Of a DNA stretch of 64,000 bases, positions 1-10,862 are shown piece after piece. The notes beneath the pieces are model-generated. The model ran no database searches. It worked only from the letters and a program-made list of their open reading frames with translations, and was not told the origin of the DNA. Position numbers and translations under genes: made by a program. The stretch comes from Candidatus Latescibacterota bacterium (GTDB lineage Bacteria; Latescibacterota; UBA2968; UBA8231): the NCBI GenBank assembly GCA_965197905.1, contig CBDAOB010000003.1, forward strand, positions 928,001 through 992,000, written 5' to 3'. Position 1 is the first letter of the stretch; the number at the start of each line of letters is the position of its first letter.

Positions 1-2
1 CT

Positions 3-413
3 GCCGACCAAGTGGTTGTTCGCGAGCTGATCGAGGAAGAGCTGGTCGACTACCTGCGCGTGGACCTCTCCCACACCGGAGGCATAACCGAAGCCCGCAA
101 GATCGCGGCTATGGGCGAGGTGCACTATCAGGAGATGGCCACCCATATGACCGGAACCGTCGTCAACACGGCAGCAAGTCTGCACTTGAACATGTCGGTA
201 GCCAACTGCGCGGTGCAGGAGTACCGCCCGCCGCAGGACTGGGAAAAGGAGGTCTTTCGGTGGGACTTCCGCGCTGATGACGGCTTCCTGATCCCATCAG
301 ATGCCCCCGGGCTTGGGGTCGAGCTCGACGAGAAAGCAGCCGCGGCTCATCCACCCGTACATTCTGAGTCGCAGCACTGGCGTCGGCCCGACGGCTCGGT
401 GACGGATTGGTAG
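3..413 (+). CDS. Mandelate racemase/muconate lactonizing (enolase superfamily) enzyme, galactonate dehydratase-like; 5' partial
   Basis: C-terminal motifs DLSHTGGITEARKIAA and APGLGVELDE; ends RRPDGSVTDW; runs off the window start. Confidence 0.85.
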   Translation, partial: ADQVVVRELIEEELVDYLRVDLSHTGGITEARKIAAMGEVHYQEMATHMTGTVVNTAASLHLNMSVANCAVQEYRPPQDWEKEVFRWDFRADDGFLIPSDAPGLGVELDEKAAAAHPPVHSESQHWRRPDGSVTDW

Positions 414-426
414 GGGAGCGAAGGGT

Positions 427-1773
427 ATGACGACGCAAAGACGACCCAACATTGTGGTCTTCTTCACCGACCAGCAGCGTTGGGATAGCACCGGGTTGCA
501 CGGCAATCCAATGGACATCACCCCCAATTTCGATCACATGGCGATGGAGGGTACCCATTGCCAGAATGCCTTCACCTGTCAACCGGTCTGCCTGCCGGCG
601 CGTATGGTGATGCAGACCGGTCGTTACGCCTCTCAATGGGACTGCTATTGGAACGGCGGAGAGCTGCCCCTGGGAACGAGGACCATCGGCCACCACTTTC
701 GCGATGCCGGATACCAAACGGGGTACGTAGGCAAGTGGCACCTGTGCCACGAAGAGCCGGTTCCGCAGGAGCGCCGCGATGGATACGACTACTGGGTCGG
801 CTCCAACGTGCTCGAGTTTACTTCCGACGCGTATCAGACGCGCATGTACGATGGCGACAACCAGCCGGTGGATCTTCCGGGTTATCGCGTCGATGCGTTG
901 ACCGACGCAGCCATCCGCTACGTGGACTCCCACCGCCAACACCCGTTCTTCCTGTTCTGCTCTTACATCGAGCCCCACTTCCAGAACCATCGAGACGATT
1001 ACCCGGCGCCCACCGGATACGCCGAGCGTTACCTTGACCCCTGGGTGCCGCCCGACCTGCGCGCCCTGGGCGGTTCCTCGGCAGGGCACCTGCCCGGTTA
1101 TTACGGCATGATCAAACGACTGGACGAAGCGTTCGGCCGCCTGCTGGACGCGCTGCGCAGCTTGAACCTGCTTGACAATACTATCGTTCTGTTCACGTCG
1201 GACCACGGCTGTCATTTCAAGACCCGCAACAGCGAGTACAAACGCAGCTGTCACGATGCTTCCATGCGTGTTCCGATGGCACTGACCGGTCCCGGCTTCT
1301 CTAGCGGGGGCCGTTTACAGGAAATGATCAGCCTGGTGGACGTCCCGCCGACCTTGCTGGATGCTTGCGGGATCCCGGTTCCTGCCGATATGCAGGGACG
1401 TTCGTTCGCGCCGCTGACTCGAGGAAGATTGGCGGATTGGCCGGAGGAGGTGTACGTGGAGATCTTCGAGACCAACCTGAGCCGCTGCGTGCGCACCAAG
1501 CGCTGGAAATACTCGGTGCGCAAAACCGAGAAGGGCCCGGAGAAGGGGAGCTCGTGGGAGTTTCGGGAAGACTGTCTCTTCGACCTGCTGGCCGACCCGT
1601 ACGAGCTCAACAACCTTGCGGGGCTCGAATCCCACCGCAAGGTGGCCGACGTCATGCAGGAAAGACTGATTCGCCGCATGACCGCGGCAGGCGAAGACAA
1701 ACCGGTCATTGATCTGGCCGCGATCGTTCCGGACCGGCGGTTGCCGGTCAGCGAAGAAGAGACGAGGCACTAG
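427..1773 (+). CDS. Sulfatase (formylglycine-dependent)
   Basis: RPNIVVFFTDQQR, CLPAR (CxPxR), YVGKWHL, FTSDHG, DPYELNNL. Confidence 0.95.
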   Translation: MTTQRRPNIVVFFTDQQRWDSTGLHGNPMDITPNFDHMAMEGTHCQNAFTCQPVCLPARMVMQTGRYASQWDCYWNGGELPLGTRTIGHHFRDAGYQTGYVGKWHLCHEEPVPQERRDGYDYWVGSNVLEFTSDAYQTRMYDGDNQPVDLPGYRVDALTDAAIRYVDSHRQHPFFLFCSYIEPHFQNHRDDYPAPTGYAERYLDPWVPPDLRALGGSSAGHLPGYYGMIKRLDEAFGRLLDALRSLNLLDNTIVLFTSDHGCHFKTRNSEYKRSCHDASMRVPMALTGPGFSSGGRLQEMISLVDVPPTLLDACGIPVPADMQGRSFAPLTRGRLADWPEEVYVEIFETNLSRCVRTKRWKYSVRKTEKGPEKGSSWEFREDCLFDLLADPYELNNLAGLESHRKVADVMQERLIRRMTAAGEDKPVIDLAAIVPDRRLPVSEEETRH

Positions 1774-1925
1774 CCCTCCTCTCGAGGAAGTCGCCTGCGG
1801 GAGGACGCCTCCGAGGACTTTTCAGCTGGATTAATCGACGCGACTCTCCGTCGATACTATCGTTCGGTAACAACAATGGTTGGCCGTTTTTACTTCCTCT
1901 AACCATAAACGTTGGAGCTCCTCCA

Positions 1926-3049
1926 ATGAACAACCTCGAAGGGCCGCGTCCGGCGAGACCGGACGAGTTGGACGACATCCTCGTGCTGGCCAACGCAGTC
2001 ATGCGCGAAGGGCGGGCGCCGACGATCGCCACCGATTACAAGTTCATCTACAACGACGAGAATGCTGGCAACATCATCATCGTCCGGGACGGCGACCGCG
2101 TCGTCAGCACAACTGGCATCTGGATGAACACGGTCGAGGCGGGGGCAGGACGGATACGGGCGGGTGGTATCAATTGCGTCGCCACTCTGTCCGGTTATAG
2201 GGGGCAGGGCCTGGCCACAAAGGTCATGTACAAGGCCATGGAGCACATCGCAGGGCTGGGCTGCCATGTGGGTCGCCTGACGACGAATATCAATGATTGG
2301 TACTACCGCATGGGTTGGGAGAATGCCGGCTCTCTGTACACCTATCGGCTGAACCATTCGAACGTCGATCTGCTGCCAGGTTTAGCCGAAGGACTGACAG
2401 TCACGGACACGACCGAATTCAACGATGAGCTTCTCACCGCTGTTGTCGAGCTGCGCCGGGCCGACCGGCTCGGTGGCGTGCGCATACCGGCGATCATGCG
2501 TGCCCTCCTTGAGGCCGGGAGTGACCCCAAATTGATGGGCAGCAAGAAGCTCGTGGTGGCATGGAAAAATGACGCGCCGCTCGCCTACTGCCTCGATACC
2601 GAGCGCGGTATCGTCGAATGGGGTGGAGAGGGGAGGCTGGTCGCCGGTCTGCTCCGCGAGTGGTTCGGTCGACGCGTCGGCCAGCGAGGGGGGAGCTGCC
2701 GACGGGATCCGAGGAAAAGGTCGCGGCAAGCCACGAGCTCGCCGTTGTCGCGCCAAAGATCGGGCACCCATTCCTCGAGCTGCTCGACACCCTGTCACTG
2801 TCCGCGAACCATGAATACTGGGGCATGCTCAATGTCATCGACCCCCGCGGCATCCTCGACGCCTTTGGTCTGGAGTCTATCGACTTGAGCGAAGCGGACG
2901 GGATGTTCACCTTGAGTCGGGGAGGTGAGTCCGTCACCGTGACGTGCCAGGCGCTGGCGAAACTGCTGTTCGGACGGGAACGCATTACCGACTTTGCCGC
3001 GGACCAGTTACCGCTCCTGTTCTGGGAATGGCCCCTGGAGCACGTATGA
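1926..3049 (+). CDS. Eis-like GNAT acetyltransferase, frameshifted at G run 2688-2693
   Basis: Motif A 'GGINCVATLSGYRGQGLAT'; ORFs 1926-2888 and 2618-3049 join if G6 is G7; C-terminus LAKLLFG...LPLLFWEWPLEHV. Confidence 0.8.
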
Positions 3050-3155
3050 GATTCTGCCACAGCCCGCCGGGTTGGTCTGGTCTAGTGCATACTCGAGTGG
3101 CTATGGCGGCTGGCGGCGATCGCCAGCGCACGCGAATTCTGATTGGAGAGATTGA

Positions 3156-4244
3156 ATGCTGATATTCGATGGTGATTATCCGATGGCGTTCGGGGGCATG
3201 GAGATCAACCGGGATCTGACTCTGCCGATTGCGGAGCTCCGTGCCCAGGACGAAACACCAGGCAACGTAGCATTCGCATCGCTGCCCGAACTGCGCCGGG
3301 CGGGTGTAACCGCGGCGCTCATGAAGTTCACCGTGCGGCGCAAATACGCAGGCAGCGTCTCATCTGGATACAACGGCGCCGAAGCCTGCCATGCCGCGGC
3401 CAAAGGGCAGGTTGCGTACTACCACATTCTTGCAGAGCGTGGTGAAGGTGTGGTGATAACGACCAGCAAACAGCTGGCGCAGCAGATTTCGAGCTGGGAG
3501 CAGCAGGAGGACAGGTCATCGCTGCCGGTCGGGTTTGTGCTGGGGATGGAAGGTTCAGATCCGGTCCTGCATCCGGAACAGGTGCACGAATGGTGGGCTC
3601 TCGGGGTCCGCGTCGCGAGCCTGACCCATTACGGTCCCAGCGCCTACGCCCACGGCACCGGGACGGAAGGCGGGCTACTGGGCGAAGCCGTGGCATTGCT
3701 GAAGGAGATGCAGGTGTGCGGCATGCTGCTGGACATGACCCATATCGACGACCAGAGTTTTTGGGAAGCGTTGGAACATTACTCGGGCCCGATTCTTGCC
3801 AGCCATCAGAACTGCAGGGCGCTCGCACCGGGCCAGCGCCAGTTCAGCGACGAGCAGCTGCAAGCAGTCATCGAGCGCGGAGGGGTCATTGGCGCTTCCA
3901 TGGATACCTGGATGTTGTGTCCGGAACAGGTGATCGAGTGGAGCAAAACCGCGACTTTCACTCGCCGGGACGTGTTTCCGCGCGAATCCATAACCCTCGG
4001 AACCCTGGCCAACCATATCGATCACGTGTGCCAGCTTGCCGGCAATGCCGACCACGCCGCCATCGGCGGTGATACCGATGGACAGGGAGGGGTGGACGGG
4101 GCGCCCCACGAGATCGATACCGTGGCCGACTACCAACGATTGGCCCCCATCTTGAGCGAGCGCGGATACAGCGACGAAGACGTGGCCAAGATCATGTACC
4201 GCAACTGGCAGCGGTTCTACCAGGAGCACTTACCGGCCGAGTGA
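3156..4244 (+). CDS. Membrane dipeptidase (peptidase M19) family
   Basis: LGMEGSD, LDMTH, ASHQNCRAL, NHIDHVCQLAG, IGGDTDG, KIMYRNWQRF. Confidence 0.9.
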   Translation: MLIFDGDYPMAFGGMEINRDLTLPIAELRAQDETPGNVAFASLPELRRAGVTAALMKFTVRRKYAGSVSSGYNGAEACHAAAKGQVAYYHILAERGEGVVITTSKQLAQQISSWEQQEDRSSLPVGFVLGMEGSDPVLHPEQVHEWWALGVRVASLTHYGPSAYAHGTGTEGGLLGEAVALLKEMQVCGMLLDMTHIDDQSFWEALEHYSGPILASHQNCRALAPGQRQFSDEQLQAVIERGGVIGASMDTWMLCPEQVIEWSKTATFTRRDVFPRESITLGTLANHIDHVCQLAGNADHAAIGGDTDGQGGVDGAPHEIDTVADYQRLAPILSERGYSDEDVAKIMYRNWQRFYQEHLPAE

Positions 4245-4245
4245 G

Positions 4246-5292
4246 ATGAAGACCGACGAGTTTCGGCTCGGCATCGTTGGGTGCGGCGGTATCTCCGGCC
4301 ATCACGGAAGGGGTTCTCTGGCAGCCGAAGGGATTAGGCTGGTCTCCTGCTGCGACGTGCGACCCGAGAGGACGGCAGAGTTCGCCGATCGCTTCGGCTG
4401 CGACACGCAATACGATGACTACCTGCAGATGATTCGGGAGCAGGAGCTGGACGGTGTCTTGCTCGCGACCTGGCCGAATCAACACCGGGAGCAGGTGGAG
4501 CGCTGCCTGGACGCTGGCGCGCGAAACATTCTTTGCGAGAAGGCGCTGGCTCTTACCAGCGAAGAGGCTGCAGAGATTCGCAACCTGGTGCAGAGGGCGG
4601 ACGCCTTCCTGATGGAAGGGTTCATGTACCGCCACCATCCGGTTATATCTGAGATCGAGAAGCTGATAGCAGCCGGAGAGATCGGACAGATCGACTCCGT
4701 CCGCGGGGTATTCAGCAGCTTCGATCCGGAAACTGCGGCAGCCACCGATGCTGAGCGCAACTGGCGGCAGCGGCGGGAATGTGGCGGTGGTGTGCCGCAC
4801 GACTTTGCCTGTTATGCCACCGATGCCTGCAATCACTTCTCCGGCAGCGTTCCGGTGCGGGCGTACGGCCTCGGCGGCATCAGTCCGCGATACGACACCG
4901 TCAATCGAATGTTCGGTTTGATCGAGTATGAGAACGGTTGCGTCGGAATGATGGAGAGCAGCAAGGGGGCCAATCACAGCCAGGAGCTGAAGATCACCGG
5001 TTCGGCCGGGATCATTACGCTGCCGATTGCGTGGACGATTCTGGAGGAAGCCACCTATTTCGTCAGCCACTGTGAGGATTGGGCCCACGTAGAAACCGAG
5101 CGTCGTCAGATGGGCGCCGCCGACAGCTACCAGCTGCAGCTGGAGAACTTCGTCGACACAGCGCGCCGGAAAGCTGAGCCTGGGATGCCGCTGTCCGACT
5201 CCGTGACCAATTGCACGACGATAGAAGCGCTGGTGCAAAGCATCGCGGTTGGCCACCACGTGGACATCGAAACTAGACTGGTGCCAACATGA
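4246..5292 (+). CDS. Gfo/Idh/MocA oxidoreductase
   Basis: GIVGCGGI, ILCEKALA, MEGFMYRHHP, GGGVPHD. Confidence 0.92.
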   Translation: MKTDEFRLGIVGCGGISGHHGRGSLAAEGIRLVSCCDVRPERTAEFADRFGCDTQYDDYLQMIREQELDGVLLATWPNQHREQVERCLDAGARNILCEKALALTSEEAAEIRNLVQRADAFLMEGFMYRHHPVISEIEKLIAAGEIGQIDSVRGVFSSFDPETAAATDAERNWRQRRECGGGVPHDFACYATDACNHFSGSVPVRAYGLGGISPRYDTVNRMFGLIEYENGCVGMMESSKGANHSQELKITGSAGIITLPIAWTILEEATYFVSHCEDWAHVETERRQMGAADSYQLQLENFVDTARRKAEPGMPLSDSVTNCTTIEALVQSIAVGHHVDIETRLVPT

Positions 5293-6152
5293 GACTGGGT
5301 GGATTTTTCGGGGCCCCCAGCGAAGACGAATTGGCGCCCCTGTGCGCCAAGCTGGACCAGTACGGTCTATCCGCAATCTCCGCTCCCTCTGCCTGTGCGG
5401 AGATGGCAGATGACGATGTCGCTTCCTATGGCGAGACTGCGCGTGGCCTTGGGCTCGTCGTCGGGGAGTGGGGGTACTGGAACAACATGATGACGCCAGA
5501 TGAGTCCGAGCAGGAGCGTCGTGTCCAGGGTCTGCGCAATGTCCTCCGAAAAGCGGAGGTGATGGGCGTTCCCTGTGTGGTGACCCTGGTGGGAACCAAG
5601 GACGTGTCCGACCACGCCCTCGCCCCCGACCCGTATATGTTCACCGAGGCCTGCAAGGCGGAGTTTCGCGAGCTGGTGTTACGCGTGCTCGACGGACTCC
5701 ACCTGGAAACAGCGCGTTATGCCATCGAGCCATGGTGCAATACCTTCTTCTACCAGCCGGAGGATATCCTTTCCTTCATCGACAGCGTTGGCCATCCGCG
5801 CTTCGGTGTGCACCTGGATCAGATGAACATGGTGAGCTTTGCCGACTTCTACAGCACCACCGATCTCATCAACCGCACCTTCGACCTATTGGGCGAACAT
5901 GCCTGCAGCGTTCACCTCAAGGATATCGCCTGGGACTACTCTCACATGTTCCTGAAATGGGACGAGGTCTACATAGGTGATGGTGTTATGGACTACGATA
6001 CCTACCTTAAACGGCTGGCGCAGCTGCCGCAGGACACGCCCTGTTACTGCGAGCATATGAGTCAGGAAAGTGATTACGCGCTCAATTTCGAACGCTTGCA
6101 CAAACGTGCGGAGATTGCCGGCGTCCGGTTCCAGCGCAGAAATCCCACATGA
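5289..6152 (+). CDS. Sugar phosphate isomerase/epimerase (xylose isomerase-like TIM barrel)
   Basis: Metal ligands AIEP, HLDQMN, VHLKD, CEH; ATGA overlap with upstream gene. Confidence 0.88.
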   Translation: MRLGGFFGAPSEDELAPLCAKLDQYGLSAISAPSACAEMADDDVASYGETARGLGLVVGEWGYWNNMMTPDESEQERRVQGLRNVLRKAEVMGVPCVVTLVGTKDVSDHALAPDPYMFTEACKAEFRELVLRVLDGLHLETARYAIEPWCNTFFYQPEDILSFIDSVGHPRFGVHLDQMNMVSFADFYSTTDLINRTFDLLGEHACSVHLKDIAWDYSHMFLKWDEVYIGDGVMDYDTYLKRLAQLPQDTPCYCEHMSQESDYALNFERLHKRAEIAGVRFQRRNPT

Positions 6153-6239
6153 GTCAGCAACGCGCCGGACCGATGGGAGCTCGGCACGAGGTGATGTGAC
6201 CTCCTACGATGATATGTGAAACGTCAAGCGGTTGAATCC

Positions 6240-7031
6240 ATGAAGCTCGATCCTTCTCAAGTGGCCGAATTCGAAGAACGGGGGTTCCTGCTCTTTCCCG
6301 GTCTGCTGGATAGAGATGAGGTGGGTGTGCTTCAACGTGAAATTCCGGCGCTGCTGCAGCGTTCCGGCTCGGAGACGGTCCGGGAGCAGGAAGACCCGTC
6401 AAGTGCCAGGCTCGTTTTTGGCGTCCATCAGTTTTCCGAGCCGTTTCGCCGATTGGTGCACCTGCCACGGCTTCTGAACCCCGTGCAGCAGCTCTTGGGA
6501 GAAGCGGTATACCTGTATCAGAGCCGTCTCAATCCGAAACCAGGATTAGGCGGTGGTGGGAGCTGGGACTGGCACCAGGACTATCCACCGTGGCATTCCA
6601 TAGATGGGGTCCCCGAACCGCGGATGATCATGGCGTCGGTATTCGTCGACGACTGCACACCCGTCACCTCGCCGCTGTTGGTGATACCGGGCTCCCAGGG
6701 TCACGGCCTTCTCGATGCCGAGCTCCATAAAGACGCCAGGGGCCGGGGGTATGACCTGCAGACTATCGAGCCCGAGCTGCTGGAGCCGATAGCAAATAAA
6801 CATGGGATCGAACCCCTTCTCGGTCCGGCCGGGTCAGTGGCTTTCGTTCACGTCAATGTTTTGCACGGCTCTGCAAACAACGTCTCTCCCTGGCGCCGGG
6901 CGATTACCTACCTGATCTACAACGCGGTTTCCAACGCCGCCACGAAGTTCGAGCGTGCCTGGTTTCAATGTGCTCGGGACTTTACGCCACTTGTCCCGGG
7001 TGAAGACGATAGCCTGAAGCGAGCTACTTGA
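6240..7031 (+). CDS. Phytanoyl-CoA dioxygenase family (ectoine/proline hydroxylase-like)
   Basis: FEERGFL, HPRL-like LPRL, WHQD, VIPGS, LHGSANNVSPWRR. Confidence 0.9.
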   Translation: MKLDPSQVAEFEERGFLLFPGLLDRDEVGVLQREIPALLQRSGSETVREQEDPSSARLVFGVHQFSEPFRRLVHLPRLLNPVQQLLGEAVYLYQSRLNPKPGLGGGGSWDWHQDYPPWHSIDGVPEPRMIMASVFVDDCTPVTSPLLVIPGSQGHGLLDAELHKDARGRGYDLQTIEPELLEPIANKHGIEPLLGPAGSVAFVHVNVLHGSANNVSPWRRAITYLIYNAVSNAATKFERAWFQCARDFTPLVPGEDDSLKRAT

Positions 7032-7058
7032 CCCTGCGATGACCGCGTAGAAGGTGTT

Positions 7059-7130
7059 ATGATACTGGTGACCGGGGCCGCAGGAAGGTTGGGGAAGAGA
7101 GTCGTAAACCTGCTTATGGAGCGGGGAGAA
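7059..7130 (+). pseudogene. N-terminal fragment of an NAD-dependent epimerase
   Basis: MILVTGAAGRLGKRVVNLLMERGE after an RBS-like AAGG; stops at 7157 once it enters the SDR sequence out of frame. Confidence 0.65.
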
Positions 7131-7723
7131 CAGCACGGTTCGTCCACGTCGATGTGACCAAAGCCGACGAAGTGGACTCCATGGTAAAGGAAGCGGTGAG
7201 TGCCTTCGGGCGTCTCGATTGCGCTCACAACAACGCCGGAGGCGGCAGCTCGATCCGGGCCCCTATCCACGAGTATCCGGAGGAGGACTTCGATCGCATC
7301 ATGACCCTGAATGTGAAGGGGGTCTGGTTGTGTTTGAAGGCGGAGCTCAAACAGATGCTCGCACAGGGAGGCGGCTCCATCGTCAACACCGCTTCCGTAA
7401 TGGGGCTAGTGGGAACGCCACTGGGAAATTTGCCGTACACAGCAAGTAAACACGGCATCGTGGGCATGACCAAGACCGCCGCCATCGTCTACGCCAACCA
7501 GGGCATCCGCATCAACGCGGTGTGCCCGGCCTACATGCAGAATGCCCTGGAGGAAGGGGGTGGTGACGCCGAGGGACGGGCGAAGATCCTGGCGCGTCAT
7601 CCCATGGGACGGGTCGGCAGGGTTGAAGAGGTGGCGGAAGCAGTGGTCTGGCTCTCCTCCGATGCCGCGTCGTTTGTTACCGGACATTCCTTGCCCGTGG
7701 ACGGCGGTTACGTAGCTCAATAG
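7130..7723 (+). pseudogene. Classical SDR oxidoreductase lacking its N-terminal GxxxGxG segment
   Basis: TARFVHVDVT, HNNAG, IVNTAS, YTASK (YxxxK), FVTGHSLPVDGG; roughly the first 55 residues are absent. Confidence 0.8.
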
Positions 7724-7773
7724 CTGCCGGTTCCATCTGGTCGTGACTCTCCTACACCCCTGAAGCCAAGTCG

Positions 7774-8523
7774 CTATTCGTCGAACTTGTGGCGGAAGCT
7801 CATCATATTGACCTCCGGCTTGTACCCCAGAATCTCTTTTGCGTCGCTCAGGTCGAGGAAGCCGACGTGCTCTTCAAAGACATTCTCTGAAGCGCCGTAA
7901 GCGATCACGAATCTCTCCGGTCCCTCGTAGTCCACGGCAAGCGTCAATAGCTGCACGAGGTCCGCCGGGGCCAGCAGGGTGCTGCATCGACGCAGGCTCT
8001 CGGGTTCCGCGGTGCCGTGATAGGTGCCGATGCGGAAAGCGATGAACCGCCGGCCGCAAACGTTGACGAGGTACTTGCCGGCCGCCTCCGCCATACATTT
8101 CATGGCACCGTACCAGCCATCCGGGTTTATCTGATCCACCGTGGAGAAGATTGGCGGATCGCTCTTCTCATTCCAACCGCTGGCGTGGTTGGAGCTGGCA
8201 TAAACGATCTTGCCGACGTCGGCTCGATGGGCGAGCTCGAACAGCTGCATCTGCATGCCGATGTCGGTCATGCCCCCATCGAGCTCGCCGACATTGGTCG
8301 CACCCAGGCGGGCCAGTGCGACGAGAACATCCTGGTTGGCACACACTCGTGCCGTGAAGGCGTGGTCCTGCAAGTCTCCCACCTCGACCCGGGACCGAGC
8401 GCCCTCGACCGGGTTCAGGTCCACCAGAGTCAGATCGTATCGATCCTCAGCTTCCCAGGCTGGCCACAACGCCGATCCGATGCGGCCACAGGCGCCGGTC
8501 AGCAACACTTTTGGTTTTGCCAT
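7774..8523 (-). CDS. NAD-dependent epimerase/dehydratase (uronate dehydrogenase-like)
   Basis: VLLTGACGRIG, YASSNHA, PDGWYGAMK, FRIG; RBS GGAG before MAKPK. Confidence 0.85.
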   Translation of the reverse strand: MAKPKVLLTGACGRIGSALWPAWEAEDRYDLTLVDLNPVEGARSRVEVGDLQDHAFTARVCANQDVLVALARLGATNVGELDGGMTDIGMQMQLFELAHRADVGKIVYASSNHASGWNEKSDPPIFSTVDQINPDGWYGAMKCMAEAAGKYLVNVCGRRFIAFRIGTYHGTAEPESLRRCSTLLAPADLVQLLTLAVDYEGPERFVIAYGASENVFEEHVGFLDLSDAKEILGYKPEVNMMSFRHKFDE

Positions 8524-8586
8524 GGTGTTCTCCCGTAGTGATGTTGGAATCACCTGACTGCGTGCCAGGGTGTGAAACCGGCGCCT

Positions 8587-8907
8587 CTACTGCAGCACCG
8601 ACTTGGGGGTTGGCTGTATCCTGCGCACGACGATCTTCTCTCGGTCCATCATTTCGGGAATTTTCGGTGCGATGTCATTTTTCCAGATATCGCTTTCGTA
8701 CACCGCCGCGTATAACTGCTCGCGGCTCTCCTCACTGTCGAAGCGCCTGATCCAGATGTAGAGGTCGTCCTCTTCCTCGCCGACGAAGCTGCCCACTACA
8801 ACCATGCCTTTGGACACCTGGAGCGGTATGATCTTCTCTTCCATGAACTTCACCCAATTCTCCCGTTCTCCCGGTTTCGCACGATACTCTCTGAGCTCGA
8901 AAAACAT
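8587..8907 (-). CDS. NIPSNAP family protein
   Basis: FFELREY, YIWIRRF, IQPTPKS; RBS AGGAG. Confidence 0.9.
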   Translation of the reverse strand: MFFELREYRAKPGERENWVKFMEEKIIPLQVSKGMVVVGSFVGEEEDDLYIWIRRFDSEESREQLYAAVYESDIWKNDIAPKIPEMMDREKIVVRRIQPTPKSVLQ

Positions 8908-9152
8908 AGAATCGTCTCCTTGGAATTGAATTCATCGGGCTGAGTACAGTTATTAATGCCTGGAGTACTGTCAAGCACGGACGGTTGCTACCCCACTGCG
9001 GAGCTTTGAAACGTATACGAGGCCGGCTATTTGCCCAACTGGTGGTCATACGGACCAACCAGCGAGCATTTTGCGACACCAGCAATAGGAACCGAGGCGA
9101 TCATCAAAGATACCATCGCCTCATTGTGGCCAAAATAGGAGGAGTGTGAACA

Positions 9153-10784
9153 GTGACAGGCAATGATGTCATGGCAAGAATTCTGAAAGCGGAAGGTGTG
9201 GAATGGGTCGCAGCCTTCCCCAACAACAAGCTGATCGATGCGATCACCGATGCCGGTATTCGGCCGATCATTACTCGCCACGAACGGGCGGGGGTCAACA
9301 TGGCGGACGGATTCAGCCGCATCAAAAACGGCGACGGGTTCGGTGTCTTTATCATCCAGCAAGGCCCGGGCGCCGAGAACGCCTACGGTGGGGTTGCCCA
9401 GGCGTTTGCAGATTCCATCCCGATCCTGCTGCTGCCGGCTGGTCATGATCGCGGCAATAATCAGTGCCACCCTAACTTCGATGCGGTAGAGAACTACCGC
9501 GGCATCACCAAGTGGTCGGTCAACGCCAACAGCGCAGATCGCATTGCCGAATTCATGCACATGGCGTTTGCCCAATTGAAGCACGGACGACCCGGTCCGG
9601 TGCTGATCGAGACGCCGGTGGACGTGGGAGAGGAGGATTTCCCTGATGCCGACTTCGATTACGAGCCGGTGAAGGCGTTCAAGTCCGCCGCCGACACGGA
9701 TGACGTTCGCGACCTGGTGAAGACGCTGCTTGGCGCGTCGTTTCCGCTGCTCAACGCCGGTCACGGAGTGCTCTGGGCTCAGGCCGCCGACGAATTGAAA
9801 GAGCTCGCCGAGCTCACGCAGATTCCCGTAATGACGACGCTGGCCGGCAAGAGCGTATTTCCGGAGAATCATGCGCTGGCGTTGGGTGCGGGTGGCAATT
9901 CGGCTACCGCCATGGTACGCCAGTTCCTGCCGCGGGCGGATTTCGTGCTTGGCCTCGGATCCAGCTTCTCCAACAACCATTTCAACATCGCCATGCCGGA
10001 CGGTTTGACCCTGGGCCAGGTGACCAACTGTCCCGAGGATCTGGGCAAACATCGGGGCGTGCGCTGCGGAGCCATCGGCGATGCGAAGCTGGTGCTCAGA
10101 CAGATGATCGAGGAAGTAAAGAGCCAGTCCGGGGCCAACGGCCGGCCTGAGAACACCGGTCTGAAGGAGGAGATAGCGAACGCAAAACAGGCCTTTCTGG
10201 CAGAGTGGGCACCCAGGCTTCAATCGGATGAGATCCCGATCAATCCGTACCGGGTTATCACAGAGCTCGCCAAGGCGGTGGACGTATCCAACACAATCAT
10301 CACCCACGACTCCGGGTTCCCCAGAGATCAGTTCGTGCCGTTCTGGGAGCCGGTCTCGCCCAGAGGGTATTTGGGCTGGGGCAAGTCGACCCAGCTTGGG
10401 TACGGACTCGGTCTGGCGCTGGGCGCGAAGATGGCGGCGCCGGAAAAAAACGTGATAAACGTCATGGGGGACGCCTCCTTCGGCATGGCCGGCATGGACG
10501 TGGAGACGGCCGCCCGGGCGGAGATCCCGATCACGACGGTGGTGTTGAACAACGGTGTGATGACCAAGTACTCGACCTACATACCGGTGGCTTCCAAGGT
10601 CTGGAACAGCAACAAGCTAACCGGGGATTATCGCATGATGGGCGAGGCGCTGGGAGCCCACAGCGAACGGGTGGACGCCGTGGAGGAGTTGGTGCCCGCA
10701 TTCCAAAGAGCAGCCGACCGCAATCGCGATGGTCAGCCGGCGCTGGTCGAGGTCATGGTCAAGGAGGAGCCGGTCTTTGCCTAG
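9153..10784 (+). CDS. Thiamine pyrophosphate-requiring enzyme (acetolactate synthase-like)
   Basis: RHERAGVNMADG, GPGAEN, GRPGPV, TPP motif GDAS...VLNN; RBS AGGAGG. Confidence 0.92.
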   Translation: MTGNDVMARILKAEGVEWVAAFPNNKLIDAITDAGIRPIITRHERAGVNMADGFSRIKNGDGFGVFIIQQGPGAENAYGGVAQAFADSIPILLLPAGHDRGNNQCHPNFDAVENYRGITKWSVNANSADRIAEFMHMAFAQLKHGRPGPVLIETPVDVGEEDFPDADFDYEPVKAFKSAADTDDVRDLVKTLLGASFPLLNAGHGVLWAQAADELKELAELTQIPVMTTLAGKSVFPENHALALGAGGNSATAMVRQFLPRADFVLGLGSSFSNNHFNIAMPDGLTLGQVTNCPEDLGKHRGVRCGAIGDAKLVLRQMIEEVKSQSGANGRPENTGLKEEIANAKQAFLAEWAPRLQSDEIPINPYRVITELAKAVDVSNTIITHDSGFPRDQFVPFWEPVSPRGYLGWGKSTQLGYGLGLALGAKMAAPEKNVINVMGDASFGMAGMDVETAARAEIPITTVVLNNGVMTKYSTYIPVASKVWNSNKLTGDYRMMGEALGAHSERVDAVEELVPAFQRAADRNRDGQPALVEVMVKEEPVFA

Positions 10785-10862
10785 GAGGCTGAGTTTGCGA
10801 ACAATCACACATGGCCATTGCCGAGTGTGCGTTGACCTTGCGGCCATAAAGAATTCCTGACC

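Noticed and set aside
2688..2693. Programmed frameshifting or phase variation at the broken genes
   Set aside because: Runs are short, no slippery heptamer with stimulator was seen, and the affected genes are unrelated; sequencing error is simpler
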